Assembly (NCBI GenBank): GCA_937890825.1
Contig: CALADS010000071.1
Span: 28,262-92,261, forward strand
Reading direction: 5' to 3'
Source of the DNA: an uncultured Bacteroides sp.
GTDB lineage: Bacteria > Bacteroidota > Bacteroidia > Bacteroidales > Bacteroidaceae
Length of the DNA: 64,000 bases
The translations under genes and the position numbers were made by a program. Below the pieces are notes generated by a model. It saw nothing but the letters and a program-made list of their open reading frames with translations, made no database searches and had not been told where the DNA came from. How positions within the stretch are numbered: the first letter of the stretch is position 1; each line of letters starts with the position of its first letter. Of the stretch, positions 10,001 to 19,963 are shown piece by piece.

Positions 10001-10405
10001 CACAAAAATTCCGCTACGCCACTTCTCCCGCTTCCAGAGATTATCGGGATATTTCGGGTCAGAAGCCATCCAAAAGCAATTCAAATCACTCAGACGGTCG
10101 TTTTCATTTTCCACCACCACACAAGCATCGTATTCAATCGTTACCTTGCCTGCCATCTTTTCCTTTCTCCAAAGAGTCAGTCCCTTAGGAGATACGACTT
10201 CTACCGTATCTCCCAGAAAAGACACTTCATAGTTGGGCGACTCGGATTCTACTTTCCAATATTTGTTGAACTGACGTTTATTCAGTCCACTCACCACGAC
10301 GCTCTGTGCCTGAGCCATATAGGCTACCCAAACAAATGACAAGAGCAAAAGGGTTCTCGACAAAGCGTTGTCCGCTTCTTTCAAACTCTTAACGTTATAT
10401 TTCAT
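7079..10405 (-). CDS. Secreted exo-rhamnogalacturonan lyase-like protein (PL26/YetA-like) with an N-terminal DUF6250-like domain
   Basis: Signal peptide; N-terminal DLNCFWMASDP/YYLGYGGNYNSTTRFRRY; C-terminal WYGFWNYGD, WDNTE, GSRHNVSHWG; pectin cluster context. Confidence 0.7.
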   Translation of the reverse strand: MKYNVKSLKEADNALSRTLLLLSFVWVAYMAQAQSVVVSGLNKRQFNKYWKVESESPNYEVSFLGDTVEVVSPKGLTLWRKEKMAGKVTIEYDACVVVENENDRLSDLNCFWMASDPKYPDNLWKREKWRSGIFVNCYSLQLYYLGYGGNYNSTTRFRRYTGNEQGVTDAQARPAVLCEYTDSAHLLKPNHWYHIKITNDNNRVSYYIDGKRLVDFRDPQPLQEGWFGFRTTLSRTRITNFRYESAPLQPQEVPLHWVGDVPQADKPVSFGIPFAQGELLSGQGLELRTEDGKHLPVDTWPLAYWPDGSVKWSGVGTVIPAGTAKLSAVKGAGKSFKKQPQDVGVTVKETPQGIQIATGEVTAFIPRQGAYLLDSLFYQKTKVGEKVRLFCQTQSEPLLPSTSQLTFDSFTSILQSAEVERVGTMRASVKLSGMHGNSSGRKWLPFVVRLYFYAGSEQVKMVHSLVYDGDSSKDFIRSLGVQLEVPMREALYNRHVAFSCADGGVWSEPVQPLVGRRILTWGDKQGSGPLMQQQQMEGKRIPAYETFDEKNRKLLDHWASWDGYRLSQGSADAFSIRKRANANNPWIGTFSGTRSEGYAFVGDVSGGMGLALHDFWQSYPSALEVSDARQEKALLTAWLWSPDAEPMDLRHYDNVAHDLNASYEDVQEGLSTPYGIARTHTLTLVPQGGYQGKADFARKAHSVTALSVLLPTPEYLHRQEAFGIWSLPDRTNAFRSRVEDRLDAYIDLYQKAIEQNKWYGFWNYGDVMHAYDPVRHSWRYDIGGFAWDNTELASNMWLWYNFLRTGRADIWKMAEAMTRHTAEVDVYHIGPNAGLGSRHNVSHWGCGAKEARISQAAWNRFYYYLTTDERCGDLMTEVKDADLKLYTLDPMRLAQPREMYPCTAPARLRIGPDWLAYAGNWMTEWERTGNLKYRDKILTGMKSIAALPNRIFTGPLALGYDPATGIITTECDPKLETTNHLMAIMGGFEVMNEMMRMIDFPDWRDTWLDFALHYKQKAWELRKNRFRISRLLGYAAYHTCNFRLAHEAWTDLFTRLEHTPAPPFRVEKVLPPEVPAPLDECKSISTNDAALWSLDAIYMQEVIPMADE

Positions 10406-10470
10406 TGCATCAGATTTTCCTTGAATTCCGGCAGCCGGTGCCGCTATAGGGATACACTTTTCACTTGTTA

Positions 10471-11793
10471 TTAATAGTTCGTTATATCTACCATCATCAG
10501 ATTCAGCCGTTTGCCGTTGGTAAAATGTCCCGACTGAAAAAGCACCTTAGTGCCATCCGGACTGAAACTGGGATGCGCATGGTCGGGACGCATCTTGGTA
10601 TCGGACACCAACCAATGCCGTTCACCTGTAGCTACATTCATCATCCATACATTTCCACCAAATGTATCACCCGCTGCCCAACGGTTGTCACGGCTGGCAT
10701 TGCAATGCCAAAAGCCCCTTCCCACCAGTTGTCCATCTATCGCACAGCGGTCTTTTTCCATTTCCACCTGTCCTATTTGCTCCACATCATCCGTACGCAG
10801 GTTTATACGATAAATACCGTTTGCCTGCTTACGCAACCGAGGCAAGAAGCCCAGAATATTGAAATACACATAATCCTTAGTGGCAAACGTCTCATGAGTA
10901 ACCCAATCAAGAGCCGTTTCTTTATACAAAGGTTTGAATACCTTTCCGTCTGCTGTGCAATACCACATACGCTGATGGGCATCACCGCCAGTCTCGTTGC
11001 AGAACACGATTTCTCCCGGTGTAAAACGGCTGGCTTGTATGTGTCCCACTTTAAATTCCGTATCAATCACTTTAGTCACTTCGCCAGTCTGTAGGTTCAT
11101 TTTTCTGATTCCACAAAGTGTAGGCTTAATTTTTACCGGCTGGTTAGTCTCAGGCAAGAAAGCATTTTTCATCATCCGTTCCTTTTCCTCCTCAGTACCC
11201 TCACGTTCCACGGTAATATAAGCATAGTCATCCATGCAATCTACTGCATAGCCACCCGGACGCCCCATTTCCGCGGGGAAAATTCCAATCAGTCTTTCAT
11301 ACTTGGCAGGTTTTCCTACTTTATCATGCTCCACATCTGCGAAGAAACGGTCCAAGTCCATCACATACAACTTCCATTGATGATTTTCATTGCGGCTGAT
11401 AAACAACTTGTTCGAGCGATTAGCCAAAAAAGCATTGCCTAAATCAGCCCCTTCTGTAGCCTGAATGATTTTTCCCGTAGCCATCTCTATAAAATAAATC
11501 TGGGTAGGCTTCCACTTTTTCTTTTCTCCATTGGGCTGCGTACGTTCCACCATGGTTCCGTCCCCTCTGCTGGAAGAACGGAACAACAGATATTTACCAT
11601 CAGCCGTCCACATGGGGTCGGTCTGATAAAGAAAGCGGTCATTCTTTAAAGTATCGGTCAAGACCGTGATTTTATTTCCGGTCTGAGCGTCCGTATAAGT
11701 CCATCTTTCCGAGGGAGTACATTGTCCGAACTGAGCCAAAGAAGCCGTGCAGCAACAGCAGGCACAAGCCATAGTCAAAAATATTTTTTTCAT
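10471..11793 (-). CDS. Oligogalacturonate lyase-like (PL22/TolB-type beta-propeller) secreted protein
   Basis: Signal peptide MKKIFLTMACACCCCTASLA; FCNETGG, VTHETF, WHC and HAHPSFSPDG motifs resemble Ogl. Confidence 0.65.
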   Translation of the reverse strand: MKKIFLTMACACCCCTASLAQFGQCTPSERWTYTDAQTGNKITVLTDTLKNDRFLYQTDPMWTADGKYLLFRSSSRGDGTMVERTQPNGEKKKWKPTQIYFIEMATGKIIQATEGADLGNAFLANRSNKLFISRNENHQWKLYVMDLDRFFADVEHDKVGKPAKYERLIGIFPAEMGRPGGYAVDCMDDYAYITVEREGTEEEKERMMKNAFLPETNQPVKIKPTLCGIRKMNLQTGEVTKVIDTEFKVGHIQASRFTPGEIVFCNETGGDAHQRMWYCTADGKVFKPLYKETALDWVTHETFATKDYVYFNILGFLPRLRKQANGIYRINLRTDDVEQIGQVEMEKDRCAIDGQLVGRGFWHCNASRDNRWAAGDTFGGNVWMMNVATGERHWLVSDTKMRPDHAHPSFSPDGTKVLFQSGHFTNGKRLNLMMVDITNY

Positions 11794-11825
11794 GGTAGCA
11801 GACAATACAAATTGACAAAAAAAGA

Positions 11826-13163
11826 TTACTGTATTATATTCACCGACTTCATCACCAATCCATTTACCAACCCCGATAAAGAATCTGATTCCTTTTCAGA
11901 AGTTAAATGTAAATTTTCCAACACAAAATCAGACAAACGATACTGGTCTTCATTCTTTTGTACATCGATAGCTTTCTTACAATCTAGGTGGATATTCCTC
12001 AGCGTTACATGGTCTGAATAAGACAGAGGAATATCTTTTCTACCCTTTAAATCGAAGAACTGAGTCCACGGCTTGATGTACAGCAAACTGTTGGCACTGC
12101 CCTTTATATCTTCCACGGTGATGTATTCATAATGCTGTGGGGTATCGGGTCTCATTTTCAACCACAGTACCCGCTGTGCTTGCTCCACCTGAATTCTTCG
12201 CATCAGTATATTGTGATTATGTATGGACTCACTGCCGCAGGTCAGCATACTGTGGCAGAAGCCGTACACACAATCCTCTATCAGAATGTTACGGTTAGAG
12301 CCGTTGTTTACCATATCACGATCGGCCCAAGGACCTTTTCCTCCCTTTAAGGCCACTGCATCGTCGTTCACGGAAAGGCGGCAGTTCTTTATCAGCACAT
12401 CGGTACACACATCCACATCTACGGCATCACTACTGGGTGCCTTGACGGGAGCTGCCGGTGCAAAAATATCCAGATTCAGCAGTTTCACCCGCTGGCAACG
12501 ATACAAGTGTGTAGTCCAGAAAGGAGAATTTTCCAGGCGAACGCCTGATAACTCCACATCCTTCGAATCGGATATAAACACCAGTCTCGGACGCAATTCC
12601 TCCAGATTGGTACAATTTCTGTTCACCTTTCTGCGCAGCCAGAACGATTTCCAGTAACGCAAGCCATTACCGTTAATAGTACCCTCTCCGGTCAAAGTAA
12701 ATCCATCTACTCCGCAAGCATTGACCAAAGCTGCAAAATAAGTGAGGTTCTGACCCTCCATACGGGTTTCCAGCAAGGCAAAATCACTGATATCATCGCT
12801 TCCTTTCAGCACCGCTCCTTTTTCAAGATACAGATGTGTACCAGGCTTGAAAAACAACGAACCACTCAAGAAAGTACCTTGCGGAAGATACACCACACCT
12901 CCTCCCTGGGCAGCAGCCTCATCGATTACCGCCTGTAGGGCCTCTGTCTGCATCAATGTACTGTCATTCTTCACTCCATGGGCAGTTACATCATACAGTT
13001 TGCCCAATTGTTTCAATGCACGCGGTGTAGCTTCACGAAACCAAGCCGGTATTTCCGTTCCGTCCGGAAACACCTCCTTGGCCTGCACAGGCTGTGCAGC
13101 CAGCCACCCCACCATAGCCAACATGAGTGGCCAACCTAACATCCGTTTCATTATCCGTTTCAT
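11826..13163 (-). CDS. GH28 polygalacturonase/rhamnogalacturonase
   Basis: Beta-helix GH28 motifs SSDAVD, NDDAVALKGG, CGSE, LWLK. Confidence 0.88.
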   Translation of the reverse strand: MKRIMKRMLGWPLMLAMVGWLAAQPVQAKEVFPDGTEIPAWFREATPRALKQLGKLYDVTAHGVKNDSTLMQTEALQAVIDEAAAQGGGVVYLPQGTFLSGSLFFKPGTHLYLEKGAVLKGSDDISDFALLETRMEGQNLTYFAALVNACGVDGFTLTGEGTINGNGLRYWKSFWLRRKVNRNCTNLEELRPRLVFISDSKDVELSGVRLENSPFWTTHLYRCQRVKLLNLDIFAPAAPVKAPSSDAVDVDVCTDVLIKNCRLSVNDDAVALKGGKGPWADRDMVNNGSNRNILIEDCVYGFCHSMLTCGSESIHNHNILMRRIQVEQAQRVLWLKMRPDTPQHYEYITVEDIKGSANSLLYIKPWTQFFDLKGRKDIPLSYSDHVTLRNIHLDCKKAIDVQKNEDQYRLSDFVLENLHLTSEKESDSLSGLVNGLVMKSVNIIQ

Positions 13164-13190
13164 TCTATCCGACTATTTTAAAATTACCGA

Positions 13191-15593
13191 TTACTGCAGT
13201 GTCAATTCACACTTAGCTGCTATTTTCTTATTCACGTTTTTAGAATTCAGTTCTGCCCGTAGCTGCACCTTGCCCGGCTGATGTCCAGCTCTGATAACCA
13301 CGAGGGCAGTTCCCCGATGCATCTGAATGTGCGGCAACGTATTGATTTCATGGCTTGTCATATCTCCATTATCCACAGCCACGATTTCAGCACCCGGACT
13401 TACCGTAAACGACACGCTGCCATTCTCCATGGGCACTTGCCGTCCTTTGCTGTCTACTGCCGTCAACCGGATATGCTGCAAATCCATACCATCGGCCTTC
13501 CAGTTTATGGCCTCGGGTTCCAGTTTTATTTTCGCCACTTTCCCTGCAGTTTCCACCTTATAGCGTGCCACCACCTTTCCGTCGGTACGCGCTATGGCCT
13601 GTATGTTGCCGGGCTGATACACCACATTCTCCCACTTGATTTTATTGCGAGTTTTAGGATTCCGCTTATCGTTGGGTTTTACTCCCAGGCTTTTGCCATT
13701 GACGAGCAATTCCACTTCATCAGCATTGGTATAGGCATACAGCGTATAGGCCTTTCCTGGTTCGCGGTTCCAATGACCGGTCATCACATCACCGGTAAAC
13801 TGCACACCGTTCCATACCATATCTTCTGTACGGTCTTCCACCACAGATAGATGTACCACAGGTTCATCCGTAAACATGGATTTCAGGAACCAGGCCAGCG
13901 GTTTGGGGTTCAGTGCCCTGTCGAACACACCGTCCGTCCATCCCTTGGCAGGCCATCCTCTTGACTCGCCGATGTAGTCTATCATGCCCCAATATGCCAG
14001 ACCGATTACCCGGTTCAAGTCCATTTCAAAGAAGTTGGGCCCCATGGCCGAACGATTGGCCTCGCTCTGATAAAAGTTCATATAAGGATAGCGTTTGCCA
14101 TCGCCCGGGAAATACATATAGCGGTAATTGTATGCCTGAATATCGGTAATCTTAGCCAGTTCACAAGGAATACTGTCGGTCTCGAAACTGCGGCCCCGTG
14201 GATGCATGGCCACAGTAACCGGACGTGAAGTATCATACGTATGCAGCAATTCCCTTTGCAGGCGATACGGAGTCACCCCATAATCATTAAAAGGAAGGTC
14301 GGCATACGTCTGCAGTTCATTGCCCAGACTCCACATGATTACAGACGGATGGTTCCGATGTGCCTTCACCCACTCCACCACATCATATTGCCACAGATTC
14401 ATCCAGTCCGTTCTGCCTCCTGCATATCGTGTCAGCCATTTGTCATAGAGTTCATCCACCACCAATATACCGTATTCATCGCACAGATGGTAGAACTCCT
14501 CGCTGTAGGGATTGTGAGATGCCCTGATATGATTGAATCCGAAATCCTTCAGCAGTTTTATCCGTTTTTCTATGCCGCGCGGATAAGCAGCCGCTCCCAG
14601 GGCTCCCAAGTCGTGATGATTGGCTATTCCCTTCAACAGCACTTTCTTTCCATTCAGTTTAAATCCATACGAAGGGTCGTATGCTATGGAACGTATTCCA
14701 AAACGCTCGGTCACTTTATCCAGCACCTGTCCGTCGTTCCCATAGAGCGTCACCTCTGCCGTATAAAGGTAGGGTTGTTCACAGCTCCACAGCGTAGGAT
14801 GTTGCACTTGCAAAGTGTCCAACTGATAGATGCGCAATTTGCGGCGGCGGTCGTATGGGTAGCAAGTACGGCCAGCAGCCACTTCATTCCCCTGCGCATC
14901 GAAAATACGGGCGCAGAACACGGCCTCTTTCCTCTGCTTGTCGTCCATATACACCTCACTTGCTATGGCCACCTTACCATCTAGTTGCGTGGTAATGTGC
15001 AACGGGTGTCGTACGAAATAGCTGTCCTTCGGGTAAGTAATAAGATTAACCCCACGAATTAGTCCGCCCCCGGTATACCAACGAGAATTCTCCGGATTGC
15101 GAGTATCGGCGCGAACCACTATTTCATTCTCCGCATCCCAGTCTATCAAGTGGGTAATATCCAATTCGAATCCCACATAGCCATACTCAGTTCCACCAAT
15201 CCGTTTTCCATTGAGATACACATCGCCCACCAGCATGATGCCGCCAAAATCCAGCACGATGCGTTGTCCCTGCCAGGCTTTTTCTGCACGAAGCATCTTC
15301 CTGTACCAACCTACACCCATTTCCTTGAAACCTCTGGATGATAGTCTGCTTCTTACATTGGCAGCCATATCACTGTGGTCAGGTCTTTCATTCTTATCCG
15401 GAGCTATCCAAGGCTGACCTATCTGAAAATCATGAGGTAAGTTTACCGTTTGTACCGACTCTTTAAACACCGAATCATTCAGTTGAAACTGCCAACCAAA
15501 ATTTAGCGACACCGTATCGCGCTGCGCCAACACCCACTGAGTGATTAGTAATAAACCAACCACACAAACTATTTTATAAGTTTTTCTAGACAT
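13191..15593 (-). CDS. GH2 beta-galactosidase
   Basis: LKGIANHHDLG, IRASHNP, RNHPSVIMWSLGNE; -7 box TACTTTTG at 15637-15630 (minus strand). Confidence 0.9.
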   Translation of the reverse strand: MSRKTYKIVCVVGLLLITQWVLAQRDTVSLNFGWQFQLNDSVFKESVQTVNLPHDFQIGQPWIAPDKNERPDHSDMAANVRSRLSSRGFKEMGVGWYRKMLRAEKAWQGQRIVLDFGGIMLVGDVYLNGKRIGGTEYGYVGFELDITHLIDWDAENEIVVRADTRNPENSRWYTGGGLIRGVNLITYPKDSYFVRHPLHITTQLDGKVAIASEVYMDDKQRKEAVFCARIFDAQGNEVAAGRTCYPYDRRRKLRIYQLDTLQVQHPTLWSCEQPYLYTAEVTLYGNDGQVLDKVTERFGIRSIAYDPSYGFKLNGKKVLLKGIANHHDLGALGAAAYPRGIEKRIKLLKDFGFNHIRASHNPYSEEFYHLCDEYGILVVDELYDKWLTRYAGGRTDWMNLWQYDVVEWVKAHRNHPSVIMWSLGNELQTYADLPFNDYGVTPYRLQRELLHTYDTSRPVTVAMHPRGRSFETDSIPCELAKITDIQAYNYRYMYFPGDGKRYPYMNFYQSEANRSAMGPNFFEMDLNRVIGLAYWGMIDYIGESRGWPAKGWTDGVFDRALNPKPLAWFLKSMFTDEPVVHLSVVEDRTEDMVWNGVQFTGDVMTGHWNREPGKAYTLYAYTNADEVELLVNGKSLGVKPNDKRNPKTRNKIKWENVVYQPGNIQAIARTDGKVVARYKVETAGKVAKIKLEPEAINWKADGMDLQHIRLTAVDSKGRQVPMENGSVSFTVSPGAEIVAVDNGDMTSHEINTLPHIQMHRGTALVVIRAGHQPGKVQLRAELNSKNVNKKIAAKCELTLQ

Positions 15594-15736
15594 ACAATAT
15601 TATATTTTCCATGATTTGAAGATTGCGAACAAAAGTAGCAGTCTTTAGCATACCACACTAGGTAAAATCATTCTAAAGCATGTAATATTGTACACAGTGT
15701 ACAGAAAACTAAGCATTTCTGTACAAAAAACAAGAA

Positions 15737-15771
15737 AAAAGGATACTTTCCCCGCTGGAAAAGTATCTTTT
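15737..15771 (-). terminator. Intrinsic terminator after folP-cdaA
   Basis: GGATACTTTCC...GGAAAAGTATCT hairpin followed by a T-run on the minus strand. Confidence 0.6.
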
Positions 15772-15792
15772 CCTATTTGCAGACAGTAAGCC

Positions 15793-16557
15793 CTATACTT
15801 CCTTAGTGAGCAGGCTTTCCAATTCTTCGGCAGTCAACCGCAAATAGAACTGCCCCTTATAAGCCACGGAAATGGCACCGGTTTCTTCGGATACGATGAT
15901 GGCATGTGCATCCGATACTTGCGAAATACCCATGGCAGCCCGATGACGAAGTCCCAGTTCCTTGGGGATATCCAAATTATGCGACACGGGCAAGATACAT
16001 CCTGCGGCCTTAATCCGCTTCTTGCTTACCACCATAGCCCCGTCGTGCAACGGGCTGTTCTTGAAAAACACATTTTCTATCAAACGCTGGTTGATATTGG
16101 CATCAATCACCTCGCCGGTGCGCACCACATCATCCAACGGCAGATTATGCTCCAACACTATCAGTGCTCCCACTTTCTGCTTGCCCATACTCATGCAAGC
16201 CATCACAATAGGCATGATGTCGTCATGCCCCATTTCTTCCTTGTCACCACCCGTAAAGAAACGGATCAACCTACTGGCATGGCTATGCGAACCCAGCGTT
16301 AGCAGGAAACGACGTATTTCTTCTTGAAACAATACGATCAGAGCCAACACTCCCACACTGACCAGTTTATCGAAAATTGACCCCAGCAGCTTCATCTCCA
16401 GTACCTGAGACACAATCAACCACAGCATAATAAATACCAGAATTCCGGTAAATACATTGATAGATCCCGAAGCCTTCATCAGCTTATAAGTATAATAAAG
16501 CAAGAAAGCCACCAGCAAGATGTCGATAAAATCTTTTATTCCAAATTCGATAAACAC
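15793..16557 (-). CDS. cdaA: Diadenylate cyclase (c-di-AMP synthase)
   Basis: Three N-terminal TM helices; PLHDGA and GLRHRAA motifs; GTG start. Confidence 0.93.
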   Translation of the reverse strand: MFIEFGIKDFIDILLVAFLLYYTYKLMKASGSINVFTGILVFIMLWLIVSQVLEMKLLGSIFDKLVSVGVLALIVLFQEEIRRFLLTLGSHSHASRLIRFFTGGDKEEMGHDDIMPIVMACMSMGKQKVGALIVLEHNLPLDDVVRTGEVIDANINQRLIENVFFKNSPLHDGAMVVSKKRIKAAGCILPVSHNLDIPKELGLRHRAAMGISQVSDAHAIIVSEETGAISVAYKGQFYLRLTAEELESLLTKEV

Positions 16558-16594
16558 AGCAGTAAAGATGTATGGTTAAAAAAAAGAAACGGAA

Positions 16595-17458
16595 TTATTC
16601 ATGGCAGGCATTGCGATGCATCGCCTCTACAATCCGCAGGGTTTCCACCGCTTCGCGCACATCGTGTACGCGCAGAATATCTGCCCCCTTCAGCAAGCTG
16701 ATGGTATGAAGCACCGTGGTGCCGTTCAATGCCTCTTGAGGCGTGCTGTCGAGCAGACGATAAATCATAGATTTACGCGATACACCTACCAGCAGAGGCA
16801 GTTCAAAAATTCTGAATTCCTCCAGATGAGCCAATAATTCATAATTATGTTCCAGCGTTTTACCGAAACCAAAACCCGGGTCCAGAATGATGTCTTTTAC
16901 CCCCAAGTCGCGCAGGCGCTGCACCTTTTCAGCAAAATAAAGGAATACCTCCTTCATCAGGTTGTCATAATGAGGGTTCAACTGCATGTTTTGAGGCGTA
17001 CCCTGCATGTGCATCATGATATAAGGCACATTCAGTTCGGCTACCGTACGAAACATATCCGGATCCATTTCGCCGGCAGCTATATCATTGATAATAGCTA
17101 CCCCATATTCCTCTACACACATACGGGCCACATCTGCACGAAAAGTATCTACAGATACCACAGCATCGGGCGCCGTGCGGCGAAGTATCTGTAACCCCCA
17201 ACGCAAACGTTCCATTTCCTCTTGCGGTGTCACATGTTCAGCATTCGGGCGGGAAGAGTAAGCTCCTACATCAATAATGGCTGCCCCTTCCTGCAGAATT
17301 TGCCGCGTACGGTGCTCAATATCTGCCTCGGTCTGCATCCGGCTACCTGCATAAAACGAGTCGGGTGTCACATTCAGAATACCCATCACACAAGGAGAAG
17401 AAAGGTCCAGCAAAGCACCATTCACGTTTATATTGTTATTGGCTTTCAATGATTGCAT
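16595..17458 (-). CDS. folP: Dihydropteroate synthase
   Basis: MGILNVTPDSF, DPGFGFGK, GVSRKS, RVHDV. Confidence 0.97.
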   Translation of the reverse strand: MQSLKANNNINVNGALLDLSSPCVMGILNVTPDSFYAGSRMQTEADIEHRTRQILQEGAAIIDVGAYSSRPNAEHVTPQEEMERLRWGLQILRRTAPDAVVSVDTFRADVARMCVEEYGVAIINDIAAGEMDPDMFRTVAELNVPYIMMHMQGTPQNMQLNPHYDNLMKEVFLYFAEKVQRLRDLGVKDIILDPGFGFGKTLEHNYELLAHLEEFRIFELPLLVGVSRKSMIYRLLDSTPQEALNGTTVLHTISLLKGADILRVHDVREAVETLRIVEAMHRNACHE

Positions 17459-17577
17459 AAGCGTTTCTATTTCAGTTTCAATACTTCTGCAAATTTAGGC
17501 AAAAAAGCGGTTCAGCCGTCACAAAGAAGCAAAAAAGATATGCTATCTTTGCCCGATTAAAAAAACAACCCTATCAA

Positions 17578-18876
17578 ATGGAACTGGAAACAATCTATCA
17601 GCTGTTCAAGGAGTGCCACGGAGTAACTACCGACAGCCGTCATTGCCCCGAGGGCTCACTGTTTATTGCTCTCAAAGGCGATCATTTTAATGGAAATGCT
17701 TTTGCAGCCAAAGCACTGGAAAGCGGCTGCCGCTATGCCATCGTAGACGAAAAAGAATACGTGCCTCAAAATGATACACGCTATATTCTGGTAGATCATG
17801 CACTGCATACCTTGCAGCTATTGGCCCACTATCACCGCCTACAGTTGGGTATTCCCGTCATCGGCATAACCGGTACCAACGGAAAAACTACTACAAAAGA
17901 ACTGTTAGCAGCTGTATTGGCTGAAAAATACAATTTACTGTTCACAGAAGGTAATCTGAACAACCATATCGGCGTGCCACTCACGTTGCTGCGGCTTCAG
18001 CCCAACCATGAATTGGCAGTCATCGAAATGGGGGCCAGCCATCCCGGCGATATCAAAGAACTAGTAGACATTGTAGAACCTAACTACGGACTCATTACCA
18101 ATGTAGGGAAAGCCCATTTAGAAGGATTCGGATCATTGGAAGGGGTGATACGCACCAAAGGAGAGTTATTCGATTACCTTAGAACCCGCGGTCAAGCCAC
18201 GGTCTTCGTAGACCACGACAGCCCCTATTTACCCAACATGGCTACCGGACTGGCTATTCAATACTATGGTTCCGGAAAAGAGAATACCGTGAGCGGTCGA
18301 GTTATCGGACAGTCACCCTATCTATCCTTGGAGTGGCAGTCGGCTCAAGAGGCTGTTTCTTATCAGATAAATACCCGCCTCATCGGTGAATATAATTTCT
18401 GCAACGTACTGGCAGCCATTACCGTGGGTACTTTCTTCCGGGTAGAGCCCGAAAAGATTAACCATGCTCTGCAAGCATACACCCCACGCAACAACCGTTC
18501 GCAATTGCAGCAGACGGCCGATAATCTGCTCATCATCGATGCCTATAATGCCAACCCCACCAGCATGAAAGCCTCCATCGGCAACTTCTACCGCATGCAG
18601 GCCGAACAAAAGATGCTCATTTTGGGCGATATGAGAGAACTAGGTGCAGAAAGTGCGGCCGAACACCAGGCCATCATAGATTACCTGGAAAGTTGCCGGT
18701 TTACCGATGTCATTCTGGTAGGCAGCCAATTTGCCGCTACCCGACACACCTACCTCACCTATCCCGATGCCCCGGCTTTGATAACCGCCCTACAGCAGCA
18801 GAAGCCGCAAGGTAAAACCATCCTGATCAAAGGATCCAACGGCATTAAACTGAGCAGCATTGTAGATTATCTCTGA
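17578..18876 (+). CDS. murF: UDP-MurNAc-tripeptide--D-Ala-D-Ala ligase
   Basis: ITGTNGKTTTKE, NLNNHIGVPLT, DAYNANPTSM, LGDMRELG, LIKGS. Confidence 0.96.
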   Translation: MELETIYQLFKECHGVTTDSRHCPEGSLFIALKGDHFNGNAFAAKALESGCRYAIVDEKEYVPQNDTRYILVDHALHTLQLLAHYHRLQLGIPVIGITGTNGKTTTKELLAAVLAEKYNLLFTEGNLNNHIGVPLTLLRLQPNHELAVIEMGASHPGDIKELVDIVEPNYGLITNVGKAHLEGFGSLEGVIRTKGELFDYLRTRGQATVFVDHDSPYLPNMATGLAIQYYGSGKENTVSGRVIGQSPYLSLEWQSAQEAVSYQINTRLIGEYNFCNVLAAITVGTFFRVEPEKINHALQAYTPRNNRSQLQQTADNLLIIDAYNANPTSMKASIGNFYRMQAEQKMLILGDMRELGAESAAEHQAIIDYLESCRFTDVILVGSQFAATRHTYLTYPDAPALITALQQQKPQGKTILIKGSNGIKLSSIVDYL

Positions 18877-19250
18877 GTGCTGCGCTGCACCATCCAGCCT
18901 ACGAGCGAAGCCAGCAGTGCTCCGCTTGTATTGGCTGCAAAATCCCACCAGTCACCTCCGCGGTAGGTGGTACAATACGCCTGCAGCAATTCCACCACAC
19001 CACTAAATAATACCGGACAGAGAAAAGCTCCTACCCATGCATGCCACTGAGGCACCCTTCGTTGCCGGTGTGCCCGCAAAAACTCCACCCAAAGCATACC
19101 CGACATGCCCATATACATACACATATGCACCACCTTATCCAAGCCTGGAATGTTTACCGATTCCGCTTCGGGCGGTTTAAAAAACGACAGGTAAATCACC
19201 GCAGCAATAACCAACAGTGATACCGGATACTTTTTGATATAATACAACAT
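18867..19250 (-). CDS. VanZ-family membrane protein
   Basis: DKVVH...VELLQ...RGGDWWDFAANTSG pattern, 4 TM segments. Confidence 0.85.
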   Translation of the reverse strand: MLYYIKKYPVSLLVIAAVIYLSFFKPPEAESVNIPGLDKVVHMCMYMGMSGMLWVEFLRAHRQRRVPQWHAWVGAFLCPVLFSGVVELLQAYCTTYRGGDWWDFAANTSGALLASLVGWMVQRSTQR

Positions 19251-19271
19251 GGTAAAATCAGTATTATTGTA

Positions 19272-19928
19272 CTAACTGTTCACTACCTCACCATCTTTCA
19301 GATGAATGGTACGGTCGGTCAGTTGTGCCAGTCCCTCATCATGTGTCACAATAACAAAAGTCTGTCCCAATTTGTCGCGCAAATCGAAAAAGAGCTGATG
19401 CAATTCCTCCTTGTTATGCGTATCCAGACTGCCCGATGGCTCATCAGCCAGCACCACAGCCGGACGGTTGATCAAAGCACGGGCCACAGCCACCCGCTGT
19501 TTTTCTCCTCCCGACAGCTCGTCGGGTTTATGGTCTGCTCTTTCAGCCAAGCCCAACATCGTGAGCATTTTTACGGCTGCTGCATGTGCTTCTTCTTGCT
19601 TCATGCCTGCTATCAAAGCCGGAATCATAACATTCTCTGCCGCTGTAAACTCCGGCAAAAGCTGGTGAAACTGAAACACAAAGCCAATGTGACGGTTACG
19701 AAAGGCAGCCAGTTCAGCTTCCTTCATACGATTCACCTCGATGCCGTTGATTACCACCAGTCCCGTATCCGGACGGTCCAAGGTACCCATAATCTGCAGC
19801 AAAGTCGTTTTTCCGGCCCCACTGAGTCCCACAATGCTCACCACTTCACCTTGCTCTATCTCCAAGTCTATTCCTCGCAATACCTGCAAACTGCCAAAAC
19901 TTTTGGTTATTCCCCGTAACTGTATCAT
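19272..19928 (-). CDS. ABC transporter ATP-binding protein (LolD-like)
   Basis: Walker [46 protein letters not shown]. Confidence 0.9.
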   Translation of the reverse strand: MIQLRGITKSFGSLQVLRGIDLEIEQGEVVSIVGLSGAGKTTLLQIMGTLDRPDTGLVVINGIEVNRMKEAELAAFRNRHIGFVFQFHQLLPEFTAAENVMIPALIAGMKQEEAHAAAVKMLTMLGLAERADHKPDELSGGEKQRVAVARALINRPAVVLADEPSGSLDTHNKEELHQLFFDLRDKLGQTFVIVTHDEGLAQLTDRTIHLKDGEVVNS

Positions 19929-19963
19929 GTATAATAGTGAGAATTAAATGTAAACAAAGAGAT

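Noticed and set aside
15793..17458. Diadenylate cyclase as an anti-phage signalling system
   Set aside because: Housekeeping membrane CdaA in its usual folP-linked context, with no effector genes
18867..18876. 10-bp 3' overlap of murF and the vanZ-like gene
   Set aside because: Ordinary short convergent overlap; the VanZ-like gene here is not evidence of a glycopeptide resistance cluster
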